A DNA stretch of 64,000 nt from Balanoglossus misakiensis. Lineage: Eukaryota > Animalia > Hemichordata. The position numbers and the translations under genes are program-made. Location: positions 248,001 to 312,000 of the forward strand of contig CM082591.2 in NCBI GenBank assembly GCA_040954595.2. The letters run 5' to 3'. The notes under the pieces are model-generated. The model saw only the letters and a list, made by a program, of their open reading frames with translations. It was not told the DNA's origin and did not search any database. Of the stretch, positions 1 through 15,631 are shown in pieces. Position 1 is the first letter of the stretch. Every line of letters starts with the position of its first letter.

Positions 1-251
1 TGGGACTGTGCAAAGAGTTAGGGCATTTAGCTGGTGGTTAAAGGAAAAACTTAATCCGTTTAAATTCACAGAGGACTAAGGTGTCTGGAAATTTGTTGTG
101 ATTCAATTGTAAGTTTGATTTTATTGCTCGTTGACTTTCCTTGTTATGAAAACATTGTTTAAAACAATAAAGTAATACAGGTGTCATAATGATTGTCTAG
201 TTTCCAGCCTTAATTAATTTTCTACTGTCATGAGTCTAAGCTCAGTTTATT

Positions 252-266
252 ACGCCCTCTAGCGGC
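252..266 (-). promoter_or_regulatory. Candidate CTCF binding motif
   Basis: The minus strand reads GCCGCTAGAGGGCGT, close to the CTCF core consensus CCRSYAGRKGGCRS. It lies downstream of the cathepsin D 3' UTR. Motif match only. Confidence 0.4.
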
Positions 267-1120
267 ATACATATATTTCTTGACCCTCAAGAAGGTGCGT
301 GACTTCAGTCCCGCGCGACCAAAATGCTAAAAATAACTCAGCTGTGATGTGCCCTCTACGACTGTTTTCTAATTGAAATTGTACACTTGTTTGAAATAAA
401 CTTGTTTTCTCTCCCTGTATTTCTTTCAGAACTCTGTGGTTGCTTCATGTCTACTCACAAAGTGTGTTTATATATGTACACCACACAACTACACATTGAT
501 CATGCAATCACACAGATAACATTACTTATTGAACGTTTATTGCAAAAGAAATGTTCATGTAATAGAAATTTAAATCACATCAAAAAATTACATTTGCAAT
601 GTTTATAAAATGACACTGGTTATTTGCCTTGCTTTCAGAAGTATTTCTAGTTCTAATGTCATGGACAATTATGCCTGAATCAGCAATAAATTCGTATGAG
701 CTGAATACGATTGAACCAAAACTAATGTTTCATCTTGCATAGAAATTATTGATACAAAGTGCTATAAGACCTGACTGCATTGTATTGGACATCAATTATA
801 CAAGGAATAGCCATAGCAAGACAGCTTTTCTGATTTGGTTCACGTCTACGGTGGGGACAAGGAACAACAAAATACATTGATGTTAATCACCAACTAATTC
901 AGTAGTTCAAGGTGGAGGTATTCACTGGAAATGCAGGACTACATGGTTGATCATTGTTACGAACTTATAAAAATACTGAACACTGTTTCTACTCAAACTC
1001 AGTTCAGCCAAAAGAGTCAAGCACAAGCAAGATTTGCATATTCCAAACGGCAACAAAAAAGAAAATATTACATCAAGGATAGTTAGACCTGCTATGCAGA
1101 GAGAATAAAGTTGAAGCTTT

Positions 1121-4639
<3,519 letters not shown>

Positions 4640-4756
4640 TATGTTTCTGCCCTTCGGTTTCACCAGGTGAAAAAGTGAATAAATGCGCAACTTCACAAAC
4701 CAAGTATGAACGCTCCCAGAATTCGGAGTGAAACTTATCAAGTGACTTGCAAAGAA

Positions 4757-4783
4757 TCACGTGCTGTTTGCAAATCATGTGAC
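4757..4783. promoter_or_regulatory. CLEAR/M-box-like E-boxes (MITF/TFEB family) upstream of cathepsin D
   Basis: TCACGTGC (4757-4764) and TCATGTGAC (4775-4783) lie about 120-145 bp upstream of the ATG of a lysosomal hydrolase gene. Confidence 0.55.
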
Positions 4784-5227
4784 AATGAGTACCGGAGAGT
4801 TAAAGAATTGCCCAACCTCCCCCTGGTACGGAGCAAGTTCTCACTTATTTGTATCAAACTGATAAACGCTGATCTTTTTATAGGCTTCCGATCCGAGTCA
4901 GTATTACACTTTTAAAATACCTCTCTGATATGGACCACTGATTGTATATCTTACGTCCTTGGCATGTTATCTATATGAGTTGATAGCGGGCACAATGAAA
5001 TGAAAAGCTGAATAAACTGAAGGTCTGAGCGATAGGTTCAAATGTCATTCTATAATTGGCAAACCACTCTTCATGCTGATTTTATGACCTTTAATTGGCT
5101 TTTTATTGCACCCATTTTTTTTTCCATTATCAGGCTAGCATAATTTTGGAATAAGCGACGGATCAACGCAACGATCGGTCTAACTGTCCCAGGGTCAACC
5201 AAGGTCAAAGGATGTCTGGAGTTCGGC

Positions 5228-5323
5228 TAGTCTCGGTTACCCAGACCCCCCTGCTTCTTCCGTTGGGCACTCCAGAAAGAGTGCCCAACGGAAGAAGCAG
5301 GGGGGTCTGGGTAACCGAGACTA
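5228..5323. mobile_element. 96-bp fold-back MITE with perfect 45-bp inverted arms and a 9-bp TSD
   Basis: Arms 5228-5272 and 5279-5323 are exact reverse complements around the loop CAGAAA. GAGTTCGGC is duplicated at 5219-5227 and 5324-5332. Confidence 0.9.
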
Positions 5324-5345
5324 GAGTTCGGCGAAAACTTCTGGA

Positions 5346-5354
5346 TGATGAAAT
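5346..5354 (+). promoter_or_regulatory. C/EBP-ATF (AARE/CARE) composite element upstream of PPP1R15
   Basis: TGATGAAAT matches the TGATGxAAx consensus bound by ATF4. GADD34 is a known ATF4 target in mammals. Confidence 0.4.
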
Positions 5355-5697
5355 CAATGGACTATTCACGAATATATTTTTAGATTAAACCGCCAAGCAG
5401 ATCGGTATTCTTTTCCATATTTAGTCGAATAACTCCTACCTTTACGCGAATTTTACTTTTTAGAAATATTCTAAGTATTATTCTCAAAATATGCACAATT
5501 AAGTGATTAACATAACCACGATTCAGGGACTATTTTTTGTCGTATTGATAAATGACCTCCAGAGTTAACGGTGATCAAAAAGGTCAATGTAGGTGAATCA
5601 CATTTCCGTAAAGGCGAATTATGTATATTTCAACCTCGTTGGTTTATACGTCATTTTAAACAGTATTTACAACCGATCAACAAGTTCAAACAACACG

Positions 5698-5946
5698 ATG
5701 GCTTCAATATACACTAACACGTCTTTCGAAGAGATTTTCAGCACCAGTGAAGATTATTTTGAGAGTTATTATTACGGAGATCACAGCGCTACCGCCGCCG
5801 AGCATAAACCTTGGAATATTTATATGTGTCATAACGTTTCTCATGGTGACTATTATTTTCATCCCAAGCAATTTCAGCGAAAGACATTTGGTAACTGTAC
5901 ACAGCTTGAAGGTAATGTCAGACTTTTCAATGTAAATTCAGACTGA
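5698..5946 (+). other. 82-codon upstream ORF, in frame with PPP1R15
   Basis: ATG at 5698 in good Kozak context (acgATGg) and TGA at 5944-5946. It is in the same frame as the ATG at 5983, with 12 sense codons between. Confidence 0.6.
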
Positions 5947-5982
5947 AGTAACGTCAAAGTCGAAACCGATCGCTGTTTAGCG

Positions 5983-8359
5983 ATGACTATGTTCACCAAA
6001 TCGTTCTTGAGTAACGATAAACAGGCGGGCACAGTTGGCATATGGCCACTTGGTAACATGGGAAACACATTGCATCTAGGGACGATCGCCGTAGCTTCAC
6101 CGCTCTACAACGACTTAAGAAGCGAGGAAGAAAGTAACAAGCCTAAATACCTACGATTGGACAGTACAGGAGAGCAAAGAAACGATATGGACTTCAACGA
6201 AGCCGTTTGCGGAAGTACTGAAACCCAAGTCGTTGATAATATTAATATGGCGTCCAGTTCCACTGTGTTATCAGATCGGATCCACTCAATTGTACATCAG
6301 TTGTGTGTAGGTGCGAGATACCAGCCATACTCAAAGTTTCAGAGAAAGAGGGTTTATAAAGACACCAGTCCAATCACTACAAGTCTTACTGAATTCTGCC
6401 AAGAGTTTCAAACAAGGCTGAACATCATGGGGACACCAATGCAAACTGACACTCCACACATCAAAGATTTACTCTGCGTAAACGGGAGACGTTCAGGTTG
6501 GACCAAACCTAGAACGTTTAAATCTTCTTCGGAACCCCGTACAGCTGATGTAACCCCTCGGCAAGTTTACACGGACCATGGTGGTGTACCAACCCAGTCA
6601 GATGGCAATCACTCGGACAATATTATGAGTCAGCCGTTACATAACCTTCAAAATGACCACACTCATCTCTGTCGTGTAAATGAGGAACCGATAATGAAAC
6701 AGAATATTGACAATCAAAAAGAAACTTGCTTCAAAGCACAAGTGATGGAAGACATTTCAGACACCACTCAACCCGACCACACTTCGTGGGAAAATGCTGG
6801 TGAGGGTTCCTATGATTGTAGCCATGGTGATGATAGGGTCCCTGACCCCACCAATGACCCCAAGAACAATGTGCACGACATAGAGACAGATCAGAAGGAG
6901 ATACAGGTCTGCAGTTCTCCACCAAATGAAAATGTCAGTGATACTCGCAGTAGCCTGGTTCAACAAACTTCACAAATGGTAGATTCAATCAGTTCTAATA
7001 CTTCCAGCAAAGATGAGCTAAACAGAATGACAGAGGCAAAGATTGACATTTCAAATGAAGGAACAAATGGCCTTGAATGTAATCCTGTCCTAGAGATCAC
7101 TGAATATTCAGACAATTATGAAAACACAGAACAATCAGTTTCTATCCCAAGTGATATTTCCAAACTAACAGACTCTGATACCACAGAGTCGTTGTTATCT
7201 GAAGTTGCCCATCGATTGTCAGTTAATAGTCTTGCCAGTGCTGGTAGTTCTGTTTGTTTTGATGACAATGATGGCCAAGATGGAAGTTTTAATCACGAAT
7301 ACACCAATGGCCTGGTTTGTTTCCAAGTTGGTAGTGATGACGACTCGGACTCGGACTGGTCACATGACAGTGATTTTGATGAACTTGATGGCGAGGAAGC
7401 GCATGAAAATGACAAACTTTGGGAATCATTCCAGAAGTGTGATCCATTCAGTCGGATACCTTGTAATAGTTTGCCGAGAAAACCGAAGATGAAGAAAAGT
7501 GCATCATCACCAGATATTCTCAGTGGAGGAAATTCTCCACGATTCAGTACTCCACGAACCAGATCACCTCCTCCATCACCTGATTGGAACTACTCACTTC
7601 CAAAAACTCTCTACCAAAATAACTATGAAAGGAATTTGGACTCCACGCCTAAAAGATCACTGGAACGGACTGCTAGTAATAATTTTTCTGCTCCGCATCT
7701 GAACAGGATTGAGGAAAAGTCCACCAGTTCTGGTGAATCTACACCGAAGAAAAGGGTATGTTTTAATTTTACAATGTAAACACACAAACAAACCCATTTG
7801 TTTTTGTAGGAGACAAAATACTGAAATCATAGATTAAGAGAATGAAGACCTTTCTATGAATTAATAGAAGCTTCTAGTGAAAGTGACAAGTGCGAATAGT
7901 TACACAGCATTTTCAAAAAATCCCCTCAAAAGTCTCCTTTATGTTTTACGGACTTTTTTCAGGGTGATGTAAAGTATATCCCCACTGAGTCATCAAGGTC
8001 ACATGTGTTGATTGTAAAAACACAATACCTGTTTGTTGGTTTCAGTGAATTCATTGAGTGTTTTCTTAGAAGGCAGTTGGTCCAATTCCAAACATTTATT
8101 ATCATGTAGCTATATTAAATTGTACTTTGTTTTGTACTTTCAGGTTCGATTTGCTGATGACAAGAAATTGGTTTTGGTCCGTACTATGGTTGCATGGGAT
8201 TTTGCATACAAGGCGTGCCGCAAAGGACCATGGGAAGAACTAGCGAGAGACCGTTGCCGTTTTGACCGCAAAATTGAAGAGATCAGTAACATTATAAGTC
8301 CATGTCTCACTCCAGAACATAGACGCATGGTTTATGAAAAGTTTAACTGTACATTTTGA
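5983..8359 (+). CDS. PPP1R15: Protein phosphatase 1 regulatory subunit 15 (GADD34/CReP family), 2 coding exons, about 662 aa
   Basis: Exon 5983-7755 (donor GTATGT) splices to 8144-8359 (acceptor tttcag). This gives KKR|VRF (RVxF PP1-docking motif) followed by W...RKGPWEELARDRCRF...I..CL.PEHR, the eIF2alpha-binding core. Upstream is an acidic PEST region with LWESF..CDPF, resembling CReP. Confidence 0.92.
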
Positions 8360-8441
8360 AGAAAACTGGCAACCGTCTGTGAAAGCATGAGGACATTTCA
8401 TCAAAATTTAAGATACAAGAGGATAAAGTGACTGTGAGATA

Positions 8442-8518
8442 ATGGTTCAGTCCAAATCCATTGTTTTCTATGGGAATTTTGGACCTCTAAAGAGGGAACT
8501 GGGGGGTGGAAGGGTAAA
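8442..8518 (+). mobile_element. Degenerate partial copy of the piggyBac-like MITE in the PPP1R15 3' UTR
   Basis: It aligns by eye to 56829-56904 (atggtt..gtccaaatc.attgt.ttctatgg..a.ttggacctcta...agggaa..gggggtg.aagggt.aa). The left TIR is missing. Confidence 0.65.
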
Positions 8519-11184
8519 ACAATGCTTTTTACCTTTGCTGCTTGAGAGACTTAATATAAAGAATAGTCGAATCAATTTACGAGGAACACTTAAGGATGTT
8601 TCTGTCCTTATCTGATGTGTCCGTTGTACATTCTTACAGCAGCAATAGACTTCTAAAGACTTCTCAATCCATTTGCTGTATTCATAACAGCAGAGAATGT
8701 TTTTACATCACACTGAATGGCTGTTACCACGATAACCTTACGTTACCCAAAATATCAAAAACCTGTGAATTCCAGATAAATTAGTAGTTTGGTAGATTGT
8801 GCAATCTTTCATGGAAGTTCAGGGAAAAGTTGATATTTGGCAATATCCTGACAATCCAGCATAAAATCACATGCCACAGTAATAAGTTGATATTCAGAGT
8901 GAATTAGACATGACTCACATTTCCTGGAAATTCCTAACAGAGTAGTAAAGCTATGGTGTACTCATTTGAAAGACATGATGGCTTTCATTTTCATTTTTTG
9001 GTTTGTTTATCGAGATCAGATTTGTGTTCTATTCCAAGTAAATATATTCATAAGACAAGAATTTTGAGTTAAAATTGAACAAATCTTGTCAAATATCAAA
9101 AGTTTCAGCCATTCTTCCCTGTCTATAAATAAAAGTGTTTTCTTTATAAAGCAACATGACTCAAAAATAACTAGAATAGACCAAATTTAGCATTTTAAAA
9201 CAAAAGTATCAGTATCTGATTCTGTCAATCTATTCTGCACAAACTCTGTTTTGTCCTGGTTTTATTTATTGTTTTATAAATGATTTGTGAAGTACTAGTA
9301 TTTTTTAAATCACTTCAATTTAAAATTGTACATTGCAGCTGCCTCAAAATGTACATTCTATTGCTAATTTGACAAATATTAATAAATTTTAAGATCTATT
9401 TCTTGTTGAGTTTCATTTTTCATTAAATAACCCATGGTGGCTCGAAAACAATGCCTTTTGTCTGTCATACTTCCTGGTTGTAAGATATTCCTAGAATCTT
9501 TGAATCATTGTGTAAATATTTACATCTGAAGTAAAAATTCACCATGGCAACCTGAACATAATGTTTGTTTACACACATTTCATCAGCCTACGCCCTTGGT
9601 GTGCTATGTTGTCAAGTTTAAAAAAATTATTTTATAAAATATAAAGTTGTTTCCATCAGCAAAATGTGTTCCACTTTGCCCGCCAGACAGGAAACCATAA
9701 GATAAGACGAAATTGTAAAGCTGATGCAATCCAACCAGTGTACTTCGTACTTTGTGGATATCAACTCACGCCAAGAGCTGTGGAGACTGAAGAGGTTCTC
9801 ACAAATTTTGCTGATAAACTGATTAAATAATGTACCTTTCGTGGTTATAATCAAACATCTGATATCCTGGTGAAGTTTTTATATCAAATCACGTGAAGAG
9901 TTTGCGTGTCATCCAGTGAGTAAAATGTTTGGAGAAAATTGGCACTGACGAAGAGTGAATAAAAATGAACATAGTTTTAGCTTTGAATATAAGACTTATA
10001 TCCTCTGAACATAGTTTGCAGCAAGTTTGAACAAACAGGTGAGTCAATATGCAAGAAAGAAAACATAGTTGGAAGACTTGTCAGAATGCGTGCATACAAA
10101 ATGGAGAATGTGGGGCAACGACTGGACAAAGGCGAGATAGTTGGCAGCATTTAGTTTTGATATTTGATTTGTAGTCCGTACCTATATCCGACCCCTTGGT
10201 CGTAGCACAGCGCAGCCAGCGGCAGAAATAGGGAAGTCTGATCCCCTTCCTCATTTCGACCGTTGGCTGCGCTCTGCTACATGAAAAGACACAATCGCTA
10301 CATGAAAACAGTGCATGAAAACTTTTAATTCTGCTGTTGAAATGGAGATGGGGACCAGACAATCCAAACACCATCTACAGTGGGTACCTTCACCGCGTCC
10401 CAGAAGGCCAAAGGTCATACGCAGTGCCCTCTCGAGAGGCTAAACAAAAGTCTACTGAGTTTGTAACTAATGCATAAAAACTGAGACAGACGCAAAAAAC
10501 TCCCTGATTCTGGATACTGAACGATTTATTTTTTTAATAAAAGTCCACAAATAATTCCGAAAGTAGGAACATTTACCCCGACAAAGTTTACAAATTTAGG
10601 TTATACAAATTTGGAAAATGGTAGCAGTGAAATATAAAAACGAAAATGATCACATTTCAGGGGGAAAGAAACCACCAAAATTTCCTCTTCCTTGATACAT
10701 TCAAAGTTGACATGCGAAAACTTTAACTTGAAAACTTAAAAATAAGATAATCCATAAAGTCACAACTACCCGAGAAACTTCTCTACTCACTATCTACTGC
10801 TTTTGGTATCAAAAGTTCGACAATCTTGCCGCCCACGCCGGCGAACATGGAAAAGAAAACAAAGGTATAAATTCATACGAAACAATTTACTCCCAAAACA
10901 AATTACTCCCACCCCCCCCCCTATAGTAGCAATGAAAACGAGTGTCGGTGATAATAATGACATCACGGTATTATGATGTTGTAATTGTGTTAATGACGTG
11001 ATTTCAAAGGGCACCCAGTAAAATATGAATATACATGTGTAGCCGTTGTGAATATGTTTCGCTTTATATGTGGATTGTCTTTGTATTAAATCCCATCCTG
11101 TTATTGGACATTTCCAGGGAATCACTGGTCTTTGATTATTTTATCGAGCCGTTGATTCTGGATGGCGTTTCCGGTCAGCACAAC

Positions 11185-14100
11185 TTACGTCACAACCACC
11201 TGAAGACAAGAAATGTGAGTCATGTGATTTAACTGTGAAGTAACTCGTATTCCCTAGGACTATGGTTTTATGTCACACTACAAATAACTGTCAGTTTTCT
11301 GCAGTACACCACCCCATTTACACATTTGCATTCCCATTAACATTTCAATTGTTCAATTTTCACACCCAACTCTTCTTTTGTTTTCCGAGGCACCTGGTCC
11401 TGCACATATTTTCTACTTTGAATACCCCGTGATTCTCTGTTCATTCCACGAGTGCATCTGAAGAAGGGGACTACATGTTCCCGAAAGCTCATGCTGTTAT
11501 TTCAACTGTTGATCAAAGAGTGCTACATAACTTTAATGCGTATCGTATTCCCTAGAGATAAGTGATGAATATCCACTTGGCATTTCGGGTCGAATTTTAG
11601 AAATGAACATTAACGAAATAAACTTGTTTTCAATCAAAATACCAATTCAGTTAGGTCACTTTTAATTATCAAATGCGAAAATATTTAAAGATGACAAACT
11701 CACGTGAGGTCTATCCTCGTGATGTGTGAATACAGCAATTCGGATGCAAAACACAGCGGCTATGGCGTTAAAGGCGATGACAAACATCGTTGTGACGATT
11801 AGAATCGCGTCCATAGCAACAGCAGCACCCTGTAAATACAAGTGCGAATATTGAGATGAATGAATTTATAAATAGGTCTTTTTTCGCCATATTTTACATG
11901 ATCTGTGTGTACATCTTAAACTGCATTTGAATAAATTCCATGGTCCAAACACATGTCCGCCATGTGCAGTTGACGATTGATAAAAGTGCTGTATCTGTAT
12001 TGAAACTATTTTCATTTTTACCGTTTCTGTCCGATCACATGTGTTTTGTCCTTCTGATCCAGGGATACATTGCGAATCTCTAATGAGAGCTTCGGAGGCA
12101 GCAAAGATGACCAGAAAACCAACTACCACAGCGTTTATCACGGAAATAACGGCGGTAAATATGAGCTGTAAAGGTAAGAATATGAGAATGCACATTTAGT
12201 GAATAGGGCGAGTGGAAAGCGACCTGAGAAGAGTGACTGACTGACGGACGGTCGGACAAACAGAGACAAATTCAGTACTTTCTTCATGATGTAATTGATG
12301 GTGAGTATGAAAACGTTTTAACTTGAATTATTTGACTGTCATCATTGTACAGGTCCTTGTATTTCAAGCTTTACTACAAGCGTCATCGCGTCAACCTGCA
12401 TGTGTAGCTTCACCATAAATGACGTCCACATGATACTAAATTTAGTCCAAAAGCTTTTCAGGTGACCCAGGCTTAATTTTAGAGAACCAATCAGCGGCTG
12501 TCTTTCATAGCTGACAACATTCCGAAGCCACAATGACTGACACATGCAAAACAGAAACATCACTTTGACAATACCTGCCTAATAACATCAATAACCCATA
12601 TGTAAAATTGTACTGCCCACTCTTTCTATATGAAGCCAAGGTCTCGTTCATAGCCTTCAATGAGTTACAAATGTCTCCAAAAAGTGACTGACTAAGCCTG
12701 GCCCAACGACCAAGCCCAGTGACCCCGCATATGCCGATCCCATAAATTTGTCGCATGTTCTTTCAAGTGGGTGTACAAAAGAACACTTCTGTGACATATC
12801 TGAATTGGATTCCACTGTCGCTAAAGAAGTTATAGGACAATTCACTACTTAGGTATGTGACGCGATGTTGTAAGCGATAGTGACAGCAAGAATAATGCCC
12901 CCGCCATAGATCGGTACCACAGTGGTCTGCACGATGCCAAATTAGTATCGTTTCGTAATGTAACTAGTGGACGATACTTACAGCTGAGTTTTCCTTTCTG
13001 AATGCAACAAAGATTGTTACCATGCCAACGAAAATTGTCTGCAAAAAAGATAAAGTGCTATATTAATGCTACATTCATCTCGGTTTATTTCTTGAGTCAT
13101 GATATACATGTATCTCAGCTCATGAAATGGTATTGACGTTTGGTTTCATTAGAAGACCAAATATTTTACAAAATACAGATATGAGCCACGTGATCAACAG
13201 GTGGTTGGACTTCTGTGGTGTCGTCATACAGACGCATGCCCGGATGTATACTTTACACCACCGGACAGAAAATATGTTGTTTATCGGACTTCACAAGTTG
13301 TTTTGATGACGTTATACTTTAGGAATTTTGTAATTTGATCTGATATTTTCGTACAGAAGATCGTTTTTTTCTATCCAACATTACCATCTATAGTATGCGT
13401 TTTGTTATCTTTCGCCATATGTTTAAATGAATGTACAACAGTCTGTCTCCGACCTTTTATTATCCAGCGAGAAAAGAATCATGGTGAAATAATCTCGTCT
13501 GCTGGATGTTTACATTTGCTAAAAATTGATAACTCCTTCCTATGACACAACAAACAATGTAGAATATATCAACTCTGACCCAACGACAGTGGTTGCGTCA
13601 TACAGACATTTATATTACTCTGTAAGAGATGTTGACATTACGACCATAACCGTGGGATTAACTGTATGCCGTTATGCAAATTTTGGTGCTAAACATTTAG
13701 CATGCGAGTGAAAAGTCTAACGTAATCATAAAATGGTCAGATCTGTAAAGATCTTGACCAAAGCAAAGACAGTGGTCCTTAACTCAAATCTGTGGGAACC
13801 ATTGCCACCAATTGAAAACAAAATACCACAAATAGTTTATAGATATCTCCTTTCATCTCCATCCCCTCCCTTCGTTAGATCCTTCGTTTTGTACTATTTG
13901 CATACGTTGTTGATGTCTCATAAACGCAACAAACATAGAATTAATTTATACTTGATGATGATATGTCAGAACTAACGTTGATCTCAGTGACCGAAGGGTG
14001 ATTCTGTTGTGCGAACTAGTAAATATGGACAATATTTTGGAGTTCACTAAAGGCACCGCCTAGATCGCTAGCTACATAAGCAAATACAAGTCCAGTTTGT

Positions 14101-14438
14101 ACACATGCAATAAATATCGATGTTTCAAATGGCACTAAATGTGTATAATGGCATAGTTAAGCTATTTCTGGCCACATTTAATGTCATTTAATGAAACAGC
14201 GTCATGTGTTTCTGTGATTGACGTCACCTACCAGAAATCCACCGACAAATGGCGCCCAGTTCATATATTCCAGTTTGGATCCCGACACAGTGGCTCCAGC
14301 CCCAAAACCAATCAGCAACACTCCACAAATTATCTCTGCTATTCCTAAACCGATCAGTAGTTTCTTTGCAAACCGCCTTTGTTGCCTATTTCTCGAACCA
14401 TGCTGACCCGAATCATATTCAAATTCCTTGTCAGCCAT
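11185..14438 (-). CDS. MS4A/CD20-like four-transmembrane protein, 5 coding exons, about 182 aa
   Basis: All-phase-0 exons at 14232-14438, 12982-13038, 12022-12165, 11704-11829 and 11185-11199. It has four hydrophobic helices, the TM1 pattern LGIAEIICGVLLIGFG, WAPFVGGFL, and a two-Cys second extracellular loop typical of CD20-like proteins. Confidence 0.8.
11258..11542 (+). mobile_element. Short insertion with a 13-bp target-site duplication, probably a Penelope-like element (pLTR) or retrozyme remnant
   Basis: TCGTATTCCCTAG is duplicated at 11245-11257 and 11543-11555. The insert contains a hammerhead core and lies in the last intron of the MS4A-like gene. Confidence 0.75.
11454..11494 (+). 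ncRNA. Minimal type I hammerhead ribozyme (Penelope-type)
   Basis: The parts are GCAT (stem I), CTGAAGA core (11458-11464), A, GGGGA/CTACATG/TTCCC (stem II), GAAA (11483-11486), GC, TC (cleavage after C11490) and ATGC (stem I'). Stem III is reduced to the palindrome AGCT. Confidence 0.8.
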
Positions 14439-15631
14439 GATGCTAATGACTCTCAGTCGAAGCGGTCTTCTACAAAAAACGAAAATGGTCAAGAGGTTCC
14501 GATATTTTCACCTGTTCGTACAAAGCCGAAAATCACTAAGTGTATGAAATGTATAGACCGAGAAGTACGATCCGCCGATAAAAGTAAAATATTGATGGTT
14601 AATTCGCCGAGCACAAATAACCAAACGACCAGCTTAAAAACAGCGCGCAAAAAAATTAAGTATGGCGGACTGTTATAATACTTTCTTCGTAAAATGGACT
14701 TTGCTCCCAGCAATGGCGGCGTACATTTTTGCGTAGTTTACGATCCGCTCAAGTTGTTTACAAAACTATGACCATTAACACTAGTGATTTGGAACTGTAA
14801 AACAATTCTTTCAATTTCTTTCGGATAGTTTTCTGTCATGGCCGGAAATATTTACCTTAATATCAAATCTGCCTTGGTGTCCCAACCTTCGTAAAGTCAC
14901 TACCGTCTCTTGACGGATGTAAGTAAATAACACTGCGTACGTTGGCAAACAATTATATATAATTTATGACCTACGTGTTGTAAAAATACATTTGTCGTCG
15001 AGAAATTGTGATGTCATATTTACCTGGGCGGTACCAATGTTTTGTAGGAATGGTGTGTATATTTTGCGTATGCACGATGGCAAAACTAACATTTGTATCA
15101 CAGCACAGACAACCTTCTCTGTGTTTTATGAAAATGTTTATGGGCAACATGAAGAGGTCCTGATATTATTTTGGATTCTGCATTAGTGCTGTCGATGTTT
15201 TCGCTCGTCGGGCATTGTGATGGCCTCCCCTACCACAGTGCCATGGGATGGAATGTACGTTATCGAGACAGTTAGTCAGTAATCAGTCAATTTTCAACAA
15301 GATTTAATTGTTAGGCAAGGCTTGCAGACTATGTAAAAGCTACACAGAACTTGGATGACTTAAACTCAGCTCATTGTACATATTAACATTATAAGATCTC
15401 TAACGGTTATCTGAAAAAGAAGCAAGGTTTTTTTTTTACAAACTATGAATCTATCCGAATGCAAGTAACACAAGAAGTTCAAACAACATATCAATGTCAC
15501 GGTGACGGTGGTGATAATGACACAAATCCCAAATACACAAACAGTCAACGTAGATATTGGAAGAGGGTATCAAACCGTATATACGTACGTTGTCTTTTCC
15601 CGTTGTTGGCCAGTAAGCTTGAGGGCGCCAA

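Noticed and set aside
12342-12860. Overlapping minus-strand ORFs in the MS4A-like intron
   Set aside because: They are not needed for the in-frame gene model and have no recognisable homology. They may be a decayed repeat, but this is unsupported.
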